NCBI GenBank assembly: GCA_963656785.1
Contig: CAVKJB010000010.1
Location: 2,470 to 66,469 of the forward strand
Length of the DNA stretch: 64,000 nt
Reading direction: 5' to 3'
From: Acutalibacteraceae bacterium
Lineage (GTDB): Bacteria > Bacillota > Clostridia > Peptostreptococcales > Anaerovoracaceae
Made by a program: the position numbers and the translations under genes. The notes under the pieces are model-generated. The model ran no database searches, had not been told where the DNA came from, and was given only the letters and a program-made list of their open reading frames with translations. Of the stretch, positions 28,042 to 38,509 are shown one piece after another; the stretch's first letter is position 1; the number at the start of each line of letters is the position of its first letter.

Positions 28042-30093
28042 ATGATCTATTTCGTAGGAGCCGGCTGCGGCGCGGCGGATCTGATAACAGTGCGAGGAGC
28101 GAATTTGATTCGCCGTGCGGATGTCTTGATCTATGCCGGATCTCTGGTGAACCCGGCGCTGCTTCACTATGCTCGGGAAGACTGCCGAATCTACAACAGC
28201 GCTTCTCTGGCACTCGATGAAATCATCGAGGTCATGGCCGAGGCGGAGTCAAAGAATCAGGTGACCGTTCGCCTTCACACGGGCGAACCGAGCATCTACG
28301 GCGCGGTGAGAGAGCAGATGCGTCAGCTCGATGAGCGCGGAATCCCTTATGAGAGTTGTCCGGGCGTCAGCGCCTGTTTCGGCGCAGCGGCTTCTCTGAA
28401 CCTGGAGTATACGCTCCCCGGCGTCTCCCAATCCCTGATCATTACGCGGATGGAGGGACGCACGTCAGTGCCGCCGAAGGAAAGCATAGAGTGCTTCGCC
28501 GCTCACGGTACGAGCATGGCGATCTATCTCAGCACGGGTATGATGGAGGAATTGTCCCGTCGTCTGATGTCCGGCGGTTATTCCGCCGATACACCGGCGG
28601 CGATTGTCTACAAGGCCAGCTGGCCCGAGGAGGAGAAGTATATCTGTACGGTTGCCACGCTGCCGACTGTTGCGGCGGATCACCACATCCGAAACCTTGC
28701 CGTCGTGCTGGTCGGTGATGTCATCACGCAGAAGGATTACGCGGATTCGCGTCTCTATGCACCGGATTTCGAGACCGGCTTTCGGAGAGCTCGCATGCCT
28801 TATGAGCTGGGCAAAAAGAAAATTCACATTGCGAGTTACACCGACTCTGCAAAGACTTTGGCGGATCATCTGATGCACCAGTGGCCGGAATACATACCGA
28901 TCTATCACGAATCCGGGGAAGATCCGGCTCACTGGATCCCGGATGCATTTCGCATGCATCAGCCGATTCTTTTTATCTCGGCAAGCGGCATTGCGATTCG
29001 AGCCATCGCTGATTCGGTTCAGGATAAGTTGACAGACAGTCCCGTGCTTGTCATGGACGAGCAGGGAAAGCACGTGATTTCCCTGCTGGCCGGACATATG
29101 GGCGGCGCCAACGAGCTTGCCAGCGAGATCGCAAATCGAATCGGTGCGGATCCGGTGTTGACGACGGCAACAGACGTCAACGGACTGTTTTCCGTGGATG
29201 ATTTCGCGCGCCGAAATGGCCTTCGTATCAGGAATCGGGATGCAATTCGGAAGGTGTCGGCGAGGATTCTTCGCGGTGAATCGATTACGCTTCACTGCGA
29301 TATCCCGGCATCGTGGGAAGGAAAAGTGCCGAAACAGATGATATCGGAATGCAGACAGGATGCGCCGGATGTCTGGATTGGATATTCGGATGTGACAGAC
29401 GAACCGGGCTTGGAAATGCAAGCGTCATCCGGGGCATCGAATGTGGAAACAACAGAAACATCCTGCAACGTAAATATCGGATTCGCGGAGGACGACGGAA
29501 GAACCAGGGGAGAAGTCACGCCAATATCCACGGAGTCCACGCTATCTCTCAAACCGCGCGACCTCGTCCTCGGGATTGGCTGTAAGAGAGGAACCCCTTT
29601 TGAAGCACTTCACGAATTCGTATCGGACCTGCTTCAGAAGTGCAATCTGGACTCGGAAGACATTGGCAGCATTGCGTCGGTTACTCAGAAAAGAGATGAA
29701 CTTGGATTGATAGAGCTGGCGCAGTTCTATCGGGTACCGCTTCATCTCTACACGCCGGAGGCTCTGGAGCGGGTATCTGGTGAATTTGCGGAATCCGATT
29801 TTGTCCGGACAACCATCGGAACCGGTAACGTGTGTCAGCGTGCGGCAGCGGTGGATTCCGCATCTCCTGTTGACTTTGCCGTGGCCTGTTCGGAAAACGG
29901 TATGCAAGGCGGTCAGGAGGCGTCCGGAATCGATCGGGAAAATGAACGCGGCATCAATGGCGAAACCGCAGGTGAAGTCGCGGAGGAAGTGGCACCGGAA
30001 GTTATACTAGGCGAGATGATTCTTCCGAAAACCGTCGGTGACGGCATTACCGCCTCGATCTATCGGCGAAAGTTTTTTCATTTCCGATGGTAG
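28042..30093 (+). CDS. cbiF: CbiF (precorrin-4 C11-methyltransferase)-CbiG fusion
   Basis: N-terminus FVGAG, YAGSLV, RLHTGEPSIYG, SRLY (CbiF). Then KLTDSPV, LLAGHMGGAN, TTATD, GIGCKRG, SDFVRTTIG (CbiG). Confidence 0.9.
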   Translation: MIYFVGAGCGAADLITVRGANLIRRADVLIYAGSLVNPALLHYAREDCRIYNSASLALDEIIEVMAEAESKNQVTVRLHTGEPSIYGAVREQMRQLDERGIPYESCPGVSACFGAAASLNLEYTLPGVSQSLIITRMEGRTSVPPKESIECFAAHGTSMAIYLSTGMMEELSRRLMSGGYSADTPAAIVYKASWPEEEKYICTVATLPTVAADHHIRNLAVVLVGDVITQKDYADSRLYAPDFETGFRRARMPYELGKKKIHIASYTDSAKTLADHLMHQWPEYIPIYHESGEDPAHWIPDAFRMHQPILFISASGIAIRAIADSVQDKLTDSPVLVMDEQGKHVISLLAGHMGGANELASEIANRIGADPVLTTATDVNGLFSVDDFARRNGLRIRNRDAIRKVSARILRGESITLHCDIPASWEGKVPKQMISECRQDAPDVWIGYSDVTDEPGLEMQASSGASNVETTETSCNVNIGFAEDDGRTRGEVTPISTESTLSLKPRDLVLGIGCKRGTPFEALHEFVSDLLQKCNLDSEDIGSIASVTQKRDELGLIELAQFYRVPLHLYTPEALERVSGEFAESDFVRTTIGTGNVCQRAAAVDSASPVDFAVACSENGMQGGQEASGIDRENERGINGETAGEVAEEVAPEVILGEMILPKTVGDGITASIYRRKFFHFRW

Positions 30094-30133
30094 AAGGAAG
30101 TGCAAAACGATAGCAAAAACAAGGAGATACACT

Positions 30134-30871
30134 GTGAAGCAAGGAAGAATACGCGTTATCGGCATCGGCCCGGGCGAACCGGAGATGATGACGGAAGAAG
30201 TTCGAAAATGCCTGGATGATTGCGATGTGATCGCCGGGTACACCCTCTACGTGGAGCTGATTCGGAAATGTTATCCGGATAAAGATGTTTTTACCACGGG
30301 TATGCGGGGGGAAATCGAACGCTGCCGGGCATGCTACGAGCTTGCGGCCGCCGGAAAGGATGTAGCACTGGTGTGCAGCGGCGACGCAGGTGTGTATGGC
30401 ATGGCGGCACCGGTGTTGGAACTTGGACGGGAGTTTCCGGACATCGAGATTCAAGTGCTGCCGGGAATCACGGCGGCGAACAGTGGAGCGGCTCTGCTGG
30501 GTGCACCGCTGAATCATGACTATTGCGTCATCTCGCTCAGCGATCTGCTGACACCGTGGGCGGTTATCGAACGGCGAATTCGGGCTGCGGTTCAGGGAGA
30601 TTTCTGCATCGCGGTGTACAATCCATCCAGCCGGAAACGTGCGGATTATCTGCGCCGCATGGTCGATATCATGCTGGATGCCGGAGCGGAAGGAAGCCGC
30701 ACGTGCGGATACGTTGAGAACATTGGCCGCGAGGGCACACGGGTGGTTACCTGTTCTCTCTCCGAGCTTCGGAATGCAGAGGTGAATATGTTCACCACGG
30801 TGTACGTGGGAAATTCTGCGACCTACATCGAGAATGGCCGGATGATCACCCCGAGGGGGTACAAGCTTTAG
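30134..30871 (+). CDS. cbiH: Cobalt-factor III/precorrin-3B C17-methyltransferase
   Basis: GIGPG, SGDAGVYGMA, GAPLNHD, SLSDLLTPW, YNPSS, ITPRGY. GTG start after aaggag. Confidence 0.93.
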   Translation: MKQGRIRVIGIGPGEPEMMTEEVRKCLDDCDVIAGYTLYVELIRKCYPDKDVFTTGMRGEIERCRACYELAAAGKDVALVCSGDAGVYGMAAPVLELGREFPDIEIQVLPGITAANSGAALLGAPLNHDYCVISLSDLLTPWAVIERRIRAAVQGDFCIAVYNPSSRKRADYLRRMVDIMLDAGAEGSRTCGYVENIGREGTRVVTCSLSELRNAEVNMFTTVYVGNSATYIENGRMITPRGYKL

Positions 30872-31035
30872 CGGGTGCGATGAGGCAAGATGTATCCGCG
30901 GAATCCCGTTGGCGTGCATCAATCGGAACGGACTTACGAAACCTTACCCGGGGTCACGCGATGGGCTAATCAGAGGAAGACTTGTGCAGGGTCAGAGCCG
31001 AAGAACGCTTACAAGATCAGTGAAAGGATATCGGA

Positions 31036-33642
31036 ATGAACAAAGTGCTAATCTACGGCGGCACAACAGAGGCATGGATATTGGCAGAGGAATTGGCGAA
31101 GGCGAAGATTACCTGTCTGGTGTTTGTTGCGACGGAGTATGGCGAGGCGATGATGGATGGACAGAATCCCTATCTGCATATGCACGTCGGCAGATTGACC
31201 GCCGAAGAGATGGCAGATTTCTATGATGCGGAGAAACCAGATGCCATTGTCGATGCGACGCACCCGTATGCGGAAGCTGTCAAGGAGAACATTCATAAGA
31301 GCCTTCAAGAACGACGGACGAATCGGGATATCCCGTTCTTTCGAATTTACCGGGAAGAAGAGCCAAGGGCTGATGTCAGAGGCGCGCGGTATTTCGGGAG
31401 CGTGGAGGATTGTGCGGAGGCACTTAGGAAGACCAACGGGAAGGTCTTCCTAACGACGGGAAGCAAGTCGCTTCCGATCTTTACACAGGACGAATCCCTG
31501 CGGAGGCGGCTGACCGTACGCGTGCTTCCAAGCCTGGAAAGCTTGGAGATTTGCCGGGATTGCGGAATTCCGGGGAATCGGATTATTGCGATGCAAGGGC
31601 CTTTCTCAGAAGAGATGAACAGAGAGATGCTTCGTGCGGCGGATTCAGATATTCTGGTACTCAAGGAGAGCGGAAAGCCCGGTGGGGAAGCCAGCCGGAT
31701 TGCCGCTGCGCAGAAACTGGGTGTGGCCTGCTATATTATTTCCCGTCCGACAGAGAAGATAGAAGGTCATTCGCTTCCTGACGTCCTGGATCAATTGCTC
31801 GAACTATTTGGAGGGAAGACGAGACAGAGAAATAGACTGGCGGGCGCCCTACATCAAAACCGATTAGATCCGGAGGTTTGTAATAGGGACAGATTACGCG
31901 GATTGGATGAAGTAAATTCGAATCAGGGTGCGAATGGAAGTCACGATAACTATAATTCCAATAGCAATAATCGAAAAAAAACGTCGAACAGCCTCCCATC
32001 TACGCGAGTAGCACCTCGAACGGTTTTCTGGGAAATCTCGCTAATCGGAATTGGAATGGCCTCCTCCGTTCACTTGACGAAGGAAGCGGAAGAAGCACTG
32101 GGTGAGGCGGATTTTCTTTTCGGTGCCCCGCGGATGATTGACAGCATCTCCGGATTTGACCCGGATAGATTGAAGTTTCCGTACTACACGGCAGATAGAA
32201 TTCTTCCGGCATTATCTGATCTCAGTGACACCGCAAAGACACACGTCAAATCGTATTCGACGCCAATCGTCACCTTGCGGGCAGCCATTCTGTTCTCTGG
32301 CGATACCGGCTTTTGCAGCGGATGCGCGAAGCTCTATGCGAAGCTTCAGAAATTGGAGAATACCAGCGTTCGAATTCTTCCGGGCATTTCATCCGTCTCG
32401 GCGATGGCGGCTGCCTGCGGCGTCAGCTGGCAGGATGCCGCGATATTAAGTACGCATGGAATTCCGGCGAGAGAATGGATTCCCCGCTTTGTGGATGCGA
32501 CAAGACACCAATCCCGGACTTTCTGCATCACCTCCGGAAGCCGGGACATCCGGACGATCGGGAACTTGCTGCTGGAAAGTGAGCGATTCTTCGCGGCACG
32601 GAACGGAGCACATACAGCGGTTGCAGCTGCATTGTCTGTGCCGTGCGGCACAGAGGCTGACTCAACGGCCAAGACCAATGCCAAGACCAACGACAAGGCC
32701 GACGACAATATCGGCAAACAGAATTCTGGGGATTTCGCGGCAAAGTGTTTGCCGGAAAGTTCCGGTTCCTATGAGATAACCATCGGACGCAATCTCGGAG
32801 ATGAAACAGAGAGAATACTGCACCTTGCGGCGGAGGATTGTATCCGTCTTGACGAACCGGGTTTATACACGGTGCTGGTAGAAAACAACAATCCGGCGCC
32901 GCGTCGGGTGAGTCCGGGCTCGGTGGATGATGTTTTTACCCGGGGGAAAACCCCGATGACGAAAGAAGAAATTCGCGCACTGTCCATCTGCAAATTGAGG
33001 CTCGATGCGGACAGTGTGGTCTATGACATCGGCTGCGGTACCGGTTCGGTGAGCTGCGACATCGCGGTGCTGTCGCCGGAAATTCAGGTATACAGCGTGG
33101 ACATGAAGCCGGAAGCAACAGAATTGACCCGTTTCAACGCGGCGAAGCTCCGGCTGATGAATGTTGCCGTGCACGAGGGCACTGCACCGGAATGCCTCGC
33201 GGGCCTGCCGGCTCCGACGCATGTTTTTGTGGGAGGGAGTAACGGAAATCTTCGGAACGTGATAGAATACCTTAAGACTTTCGGAACGCGAATCCGTGTT
33301 GTGGTGACCGCGGTGAGCCTCGAGACGATCAGCGAGCTGACGCAGCTAGTCAAGGAAATCGAATCCGGTGATATGGCGGAAAGAGTGGATACCGGTTCGA
33401 TCGGGACTGTTGCAACAGGGATGGACCCCAATGCAGCCGATGACACGGCTTCGCGTGTCATCGTTACAAATGATGTAGCTCCAAATGCGGACAGAGCGGT
33501 ACGGATGGAAAAGAATGCACATCCGGAGGTCGAACTCGTGCAGGTTTCCGTCAGCCGAAGCCGCCGTTTGGGTAGCCATCACCTGATGACGGCGGAAAAT
33601 CCGGTATATATTGCTTCGTTCACGATTCAGTCTGAGGGCTGA
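31036..33642 (+). CDS. cbiJ: CbiJ-CbiE-CbiT triple fusion (precorrin-6A reductase / C5- and C15-methyltransferases)
   Basis: GGTTEA, VATEYG, DATHPYA, LTTGSK, MQGPFS (CbiJ). GIGM, SGDTGFCSG, PGISS (CbiE). PMTKEEIR, DIGCGTGS, FVGGS, AENPV (CbiT). Confidence 0.9.
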   Translation: MNKVLIYGGTTEAWILAEELAKAKITCLVFVATEYGEAMMDGQNPYLHMHVGRLTAEEMADFYDAEKPDAIVDATHPYAEAVKENIHKSLQERRTNRDIPFFRIYREEEPRADVRGARYFGSVEDCAEALRKTNGKVFLTTGSKSLPIFTQDESLRRRLTVRVLPSLESLEICRDCGIPGNRIIAMQGPFSEEMNREMLRAADSDILVLKESGKPGGEASRIAAAQKLGVACYIISRPTEKIEGHSLPDVLDQLLELFGGKTRQRNRLAGALHQNRLDPEVCNRDRLRGLDEVNSNQGANGSHDNYNSNSNNRKKTSNSLPSTRVAPRTVFWEISLIGIGMASSVHLTKEAEEALGEADFLFGAPRMIDSISGFDPDRLKFPYYTADRILPALSDLSDTAKTHVKSYSTPIVTLRAAILFSGDTGFCSGCAKLYAKLQKLENTSVRILPGISSVSAMAAACGVSWQDAAILSTHGIPAREWIPRFVDATRHQSRTFCITSGSRDIRTIGNLLLESERFFAARNGAHTAVAAALSVPCGTEADSTAKTNAKTNDKADDNIGKQNSGDFAAKCLPESSGSYEITIGRNLGDETERILHLAAEDCIRLDEPGLYTVLVENNNPAPRRVSPGSVDDVFTRGKTPMTKEEIRALSICKLRLDADSVVYDIGCGTGSVSCDIAVLSPEIQVYSVDMKPEATELTRFNAAKLRLMNVAVHEGTAPECLAGLPAPTHVFVGGSNGNLRNVIEYLKTFGTRIRVVVTAVSLETISELTQLVKEIESGDMAERVDTGSIGTVATGMDPNAADDTASRVIVTNDVAPNADRAVRMEKNAHPEVELVQVSVSRSRRLGSHHLMTAENPVYIASFTIQSEG

Positions 33643-33761
33643 AGAACAGAAATCGATGATACCGACGGAAGCATGGAACAAATGGAACAAGAAGATGAAT
33701 GAATAGATAATCCGGACACCGCGGGACAGAGGCCGCAGCACCCGGATGGAAAGGAGCGCCC

Positions 33762-35294
33762 ATGAAACAACCGCGAATCGTCATCGCTGCACCGGCCAGC
33801 GGAACCGGCAAGACGACCGTCACCTGTGCGCTTCTGGAAGCACTTCGCCGCCGGCATGTGGATGTTTGCTCCTTCAAATGCGGCCCGGATTACATCGATC
33901 CCCTATACCACCGACAGGTCATTGGTATCCCCTCGGGAAACCTTGACTTATTCTTCACCGATCCGCTAAAAACAAAATTCCTCTTTTCCCGGGAATTCCG
34001 AGGAAGCCTGGCGGTCATCGAGGGGGTGATGGGCCTCTACGACGGTCTTGGCGGAATCCGTGAGGAGGCATCCACCTATCATCTGGCACAGACGCTGGAG
34101 GCACCGATCATTCTGGTGGTGAATGCTCAAGGGGTGGGCCGGTCTGTACTCGCCCAAATTCGCGGAATGCTGGACTACGACCATGACAAGCTGATTCGAG
34201 GGGTGATTCTGAACCGGGTGAGTGCCTCTTTCGGACAGACCCTTGCAGCACTGATTGAGGAAGAGCTCGGCATTGAAGTATTGGGGTTCCTGCCGAATCG
34301 GAAAGAGCGGGCAGTGGAAAGCCGGCACTTAGGACTGGTGCTTCCGAGTGAAATAGCGGATCTTCGGGAGAAACTGGGAGAGCTTGCGACGGAGCTGGAG
34401 GCGCATGTGAATGTCGGGAGACTGCTGGAATTGGCGGAATGCTTGGGATCGCCGGAATTCGACTCGGGCATGGAGAAGACGGATGCAAGTGAGAATGTCG
34501 AGATCCTTCGTTCTTTCGGCATAACGAAGAAGCGTGAAAATAGGGAGTGCGAGAACCATGACGGATCTGTGGAATCCGTCCTTGCGGGATCATCGAGCGC
34601 ATCGGTTCGGATTGCGGTCGCACGCGACGAGGCGTTCTGCTTCTATTATCGGGAGAACCTGGAGCTTCTTCGGGAACTGGGTGCGGAGCTTGTTTATTTT
34701 TCCCCGCTAAGAGACCGGAAACTGCCGGAGAATATGGATGGAATGCTGATTGGCGGAGGATACCCGGAGCTTCATCTGGAGCAACTGTCCTCCAATTATT
34801 CGCTTCGAACCGCGATTCTGGAGGCAGCAGATTCCGGCATGCCGATTCGGGCAGAGTGCGGCGGCTTCATGTATCTGGGCACAGGTATTACCGCAGAGGA
34901 TTCGGCGATGACGGAACCGGCACAAGAGGAGCCGCCCAGAGATTCGATGGCGTTGGAAGCGGCAAAGGAAACGCGCACCTATCCGATGGTCGGACTACAT
35001 CCCGGAGTCTTTGTGCGGAAGGGGATGACCGGCCGGTTTGGCTATATCACGCTGACTTCGAGGGCGACGGGAAAACAAATCCGAGCACATGAGTTCCATT
35101 ACTATGATTGTGTGGACATCAAGGATTGCGGTGCTTACTACCTGGCGGAAAAACCGGTGGGTGGAAAAAGCTGGCATTGCATGGTGGAGAAGGGAAATGT
35201 CCTGATGGGATTTCCGCATCTCTATTATCCGTCGAACCCGAATTTTGCGAAGGAATTCATCGCACAATGCCGGAGCTGGAAGAATGGCAGGTAA
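33762..35294 (+). CDS. cbiA: Cobyrinate a,c-diamide synthase
   Basis: SGTGKT, FKCGPDYIDP, IEGVMGLYDG, ESRHLGL, DEAFCFYY, GGGYPE, ECGGFMYL, HEFHY. Confidence 0.95.
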   Translation: MKQPRIVIAAPASGTGKTTVTCALLEALRRRHVDVCSFKCGPDYIDPLYHRQVIGIPSGNLDLFFTDPLKTKFLFSREFRGSLAVIEGVMGLYDGLGGIREEASTYHLAQTLEAPIILVVNAQGVGRSVLAQIRGMLDYDHDKLIRGVILNRVSASFGQTLAALIEEELGIEVLGFLPNRKERAVESRHLGLVLPSEIADLREKLGELATELEAHVNVGRLLELAECLGSPEFDSGMEKTDASENVEILRSFGITKKRENRECENHDGSVESVLAGSSSASVRIAVARDEAFCFYYRENLELLRELGAELVYFSPLRDRKLPENMDGMLIGGGYPELHLEQLSSNYSLRTAILEAADSGMPIRAECGGFMYLGTGITAEDSAMTEPAQEEPPRDSMALEAAKETRTYPMVGLHPGVFVRKGMTGRFGYITLTSRATGKQIRAHEFHYYDCVDIKDCGAYYLAEKPVGGKSWHCMVEKGNVLMGFPHLYYPSNPNFAKEFIAQCRSWKNGR

Positions 35295-35453
35295 TTTGCC
35301 CCTCTGCGGGGAATTCATGGAATCAAAGGGGACATATTGAGAAGTCGGAAGATCGCAAGGACAAATACGGCAGATTGCAATTCGACAGATCGAAAAGATG
35401 TCACTCCGAAGATGTCAAGAAGAAAGAGCGATATAACACGAAGGTATTTCTGA

Positions 35454-35831
35454 ATGAAGAATTCATTTCGATATTTCGAGAACAGAGAATGTCAATATTA
35501 TCCCTGTCACTTAGGTATGGAGTCGATGAATTGTCTCTTCTGCTACTGCCCGCTGTATTTCCTTCCGGAATGTCCCGGACACAGAGAATACATAGAGAGC
35601 CAGGGCCGACGGATTCTTAGCTGCAAGGATTGCGATTACCCGCATCGTGCAGAGAATTACGGAGAAATGATGCGGATCCTTAAGGCGACAATCGCAGCTA
35701 CCGGGGACGCAGCGTCAGAAAACCCGAAGAAGGACGAACCTTCTGAAGAACGGGAAACCGGCGGAAAGGATGAATGCGTAGAGTTCCCCGAGGATACGGG
35801 CAAAGCGACCTTGGGAAGGGCTTCGAAATGA
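35454..35831 (+). CDS. Cysteine-rich small domain protein (zf-like, found in cobalamin clusters)
   Basis: FENRECQYYPCH, NCLFCYCPLY, C..C..PH. Confidence 0.75.
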   Translation: MKNSFRYFENRECQYYPCHLGMESMNCLFCYCPLYFLPECPGHREYIESQGRRILSCKDCDYPHRAENYGEMMRILKATIAATGDAASENPKKDEPSEERETGGKDECVEFPEDTGKATLGRASK

Positions 35832-35922
35832 TGCGAATTTCCGAGAGATTCGCGGGCGCGGAAGAAGCGGAGGAAAAAACAGACGATTGAAGGTATGCAA
35901 ACTACAGGAGGGGGATTCTTAC

Positions 35923-37056
35923 ATGTCGATTCGCATCGAGGATGTACTGACGGGAAACAAACGTATTCTTCCGGTGAATCCGGAGAGACTTCGAATCCTG
36001 CAGGGGAACTGGGATCGAATTGCGAAACCCATCGGGAGCTTTGGCAAATTCGAACAAATCCATAGTCGGATTGCTGCCATTCAGGGATCGGATCCCCCGG
36101 ATTTGGAACATATGAGACTGCTGGTCTGCTGCGGGGATCATGGGATCGTCGAAGAGGGCGTCAGTCAATCTCCGCAGAGCGTCACGGCAGTCTGTGCGGA
36201 GAATATCGGAAGAGGTGTCAGCACTGCCGGCATCTTGGCGAAAGCTGCAGGTGCAGAGATTCGAGCCGTTGATGTGGGCATCAATCAGAGGGGATCGGTG
36301 CCGGAAACAGAATACAGACGAGTCGCGAACGGAACACGGAATTTTCTGCGAGAACCGGCGATGACGAAGCAGGAATTTCGACAAGCGCTCCAGGTAGGTG
36401 TTAATCTGGCAGAAGAGAGCCGAAAGGACGGAGTGACGATTCTGGGCATTGGTGAGATGGGAATCGGAAACACCACATCGGCAGCAGTACTGACGGGGAA
36501 GATGCTGGGCCTTACCGCGGAGGAGGTCACCGGACACGGAGCCGGATTGGATTCCGCCGGGATGCAGCGGAAGCTCGAAGTGGTGCGGACGGTGTTGACG
36601 CAAGCAGCATGCAAGACGCCATCAGAATCCCGGATTATGGCGAGATTGGGTGCCGAACCGGACGTTTCGGAAGATATCGAGTCTGTTTTTGCCCGGTACG
36701 GCGGATTGGAACTCGCAGCGATGACCGGCATTATTATCGGAAGTGCATTCTGCGGGATTCCGGCCCTATTGGACGGCGTGCTGAGCATGGTTTCTGCATT
36801 GGCGGCGGAAAAAATGGTGCCGGGATGCCGGGAATACCTGATTCCCTCGCACATGAGCCGGGAGCCGGCGGCGGAGAAGCTGGCGGCGGAGCTTGGCTTG
36901 GATCCCGTCATAGACGGAGCGATGGCAACCGGAGAAGGAGCCGGTTCGGCGTTGATGATGTCGATGCTTCAGACCGTGGATCGCGTCTATCGGGAAGCTG
37001 CGCGGTTTGATGGGTATGGTATTGCGGAGTACACGAGATACGAAGAGGTGGAATAG
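35923..37056 (+). CDS. cobT: Nicotinate-nucleotide-dimethylbenzimidazole phosphoribosyltransferase
   Basis: AKPIGSFG, DHGIVEEGVS, GEMGIGNTT, GGLELA, LDG, SREP, GEGAG. RBS aggaggg before ATG 35923. Confidence 0.93.
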   Translation: MSIRIEDVLTGNKRILPVNPERLRILQGNWDRIAKPIGSFGKFEQIHSRIAAIQGSDPPDLEHMRLLVCCGDHGIVEEGVSQSPQSVTAVCAENIGRGVSTAGILAKAAGAEIRAVDVGINQRGSVPETEYRRVANGTRNFLREPAMTKQEFRQALQVGVNLAEESRKDGVTILGIGEMGIGNTTSAAVLTGKMLGLTAEEVTGHGAGLDSAGMQRKLEVVRTVLTQAACKTPSESRIMARLGAEPDVSEDIESVFARYGGLELAAMTGIIIGSAFCGIPALLDGVLSMVSALAAEKMVPGCREYLIPSHMSREPAAEKLAAELGLDPVIDGAMATGEGAGSALMMSMLQTVDRVYREAARFDGYGIAEYTRYEEVE

Positions 37057-37731
37057 ATGATTGTGCTAATTGAAGGCGGCAGCTGCAGCGGAAAGTCGGA
37101 ATACGCGGAGCGACGGGCGCTCGCGTTCGGGAACCGAAATGCGTATTATGCGGCCACAATGGAGGCGATGGACAGAGAGTCGCAGCGCCGGGTAGAGCGG
37201 CATCGGAAGCGTCGCGAGGGAGCTGATTGGGTGACTATCGAACAGCCACGTCACATCGAGGAGTTGGCAGGGCATATTAGTGATTACGATTCGGTCGTGC
37301 TGCTTGAGTGCATGTCGAATCTGGTGGCGAATGAGATGTACAGTGAGCATGAGGATGAAGATGGCGGCTCGCCGAAAGCCTGTGCGGAAACAATCCTTGA
37401 TGGCGTCCTGGAGGTGGCGGAAACCGTGGAGAACTTGATTGTCGTTACGAACAACGTTTTCGAAGACGGCGTGGCAGCGGTCCCGGAGCTTCGGGAATAT
37501 CTCAAGGTGCTGGGCAGTGTCAACGAAGCACTGGCCGCACAAGCGGATGAGGTAATCGAGATGGTGGTAGGCATCCCGGTTTTTCACAAAGGTGGAGCTG
37601 GTGACAAGGGCGAGACTGGTGGCAAATCTGACCATGGATGCGGCAATAGCGGATGCAACAACGGCTTCGCTCCTGGTGAAAGCGATGCACCCTTCGGCCG
37701 TTCCAAGCAGAGGGAACTGAATCCATGCTAA
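37057..37731 (+). CDS. cobU: Adenosylcobinamide kinase/guanylyltransferase
   Basis: GGSCSGKSEYAE, YAATM, HRKRR, LLECMSNLVANE, VVTNNV. Confidence 0.9.
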   Translation: MIVLIEGGSCSGKSEYAERRALAFGNRNAYYAATMEAMDRESQRRVERHRKRREGADWVTIEQPRHIEELAGHISDYDSVVLLECMSNLVANEMYSEHEDEDGGSPKACAETILDGVLEVAETVENLIVVTNNVFEDGVAAVPELREYLKVLGSVNEALAAQADEVIEMVVGIPVFHKGGAGDKGETGGKSDHGCGNSGCNNGFAPGESDAPFGRSKQRELNPC

Positions 37732-38498
37732 TCCGAGTTTTTCGATCTATCGGTGTAGCATTCTCCATGTACTCGCGCATTCCGATGCCCCGCTTCGAAT
37801 GGGGATCTCGCGACATGGAATACCACCTTTGCTTCTTCCCGTGGGTCGGGGCATTCATCGGCCTGGCGGAATACCTGTGGCTTGTCCTGTGCGAGATACG
37901 TAGCGTGGAACAAATCCCGTTCATCCTTGTTGCCCTGGCCATTCCGCTTCTCATCACAGGTGGATTTCACGTGGACGGTTTTATGGACACTTCCGACGCC
38001 ATGTCATCCTGGCGAACACGACCGGAACGACTGGATATTCTCAAAGATCCGCACATTGGGGCTTTCGCGGTTATCCGATTGGCGGAATGGGGCATTCTCT
38101 ACGCTGCCGCACTCTTCCTGCTGGATAGATGCGGTTTGACCTTATGGATCGGCACGTTCTTCCTGTCTCGATGCTTAAGTGGCATTGCCGTTGTGACGCT
38201 GCAGCCTGCTCGTCAAGAAGGCCTTCTGGCAACGGAAGCGGGAACGGCTTCCCGAAGGATTGTGCGAATGGTGCTAATCGCACAAGCGCTCGCAGCAGAA
38301 GTCGCTCTATTTGCAGTGGCACCGTGCCCGGCTGTCATGCTGCTTCTGATTGCACTGGTGAGCTTGCTCGCCTACCGTAGATTCTCCTACCGTTATTTCG
38401 GCGGTATCACCGGCGACCTTGCAGGCTGGCACCTGTGCGTCACCGAACTCGCAATGACAATAACACTGGCCGTTACCACTTTGCTTGGATTGAATTAG
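37725..38498 (+). CDS. cobS: Adenosylcobinamide-GDP ribazoletransferase (cobalamin synthase)
   Basis: YSRIP, FPWVG, TGGFHVDGFMDTSDA, ILKDPHIG, GGITGD. Confidence 0.93.
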   Translation: MLIRVFRSIGVAFSMYSRIPMPRFEWGSRDMEYHLCFFPWVGAFIGLAEYLWLVLCEIRSVEQIPFILVALAIPLLITGGFHVDGFMDTSDAMSSWRTRPERLDILKDPHIGAFAVIRLAEWGILYAAALFLLDRCGLTLWIGTFFLSRCLSGIAVVTLQPARQEGLLATEAGTASRRIVRMVLIAQALAAEVALFAVAPCPAVMLLLIALVSLLAYRRFSYRYFGGITGDLAGWHLCVTELAMTITLAVTTLLGLN

Positions 38499-38509
38499 GA
38501 GGACAGAAG

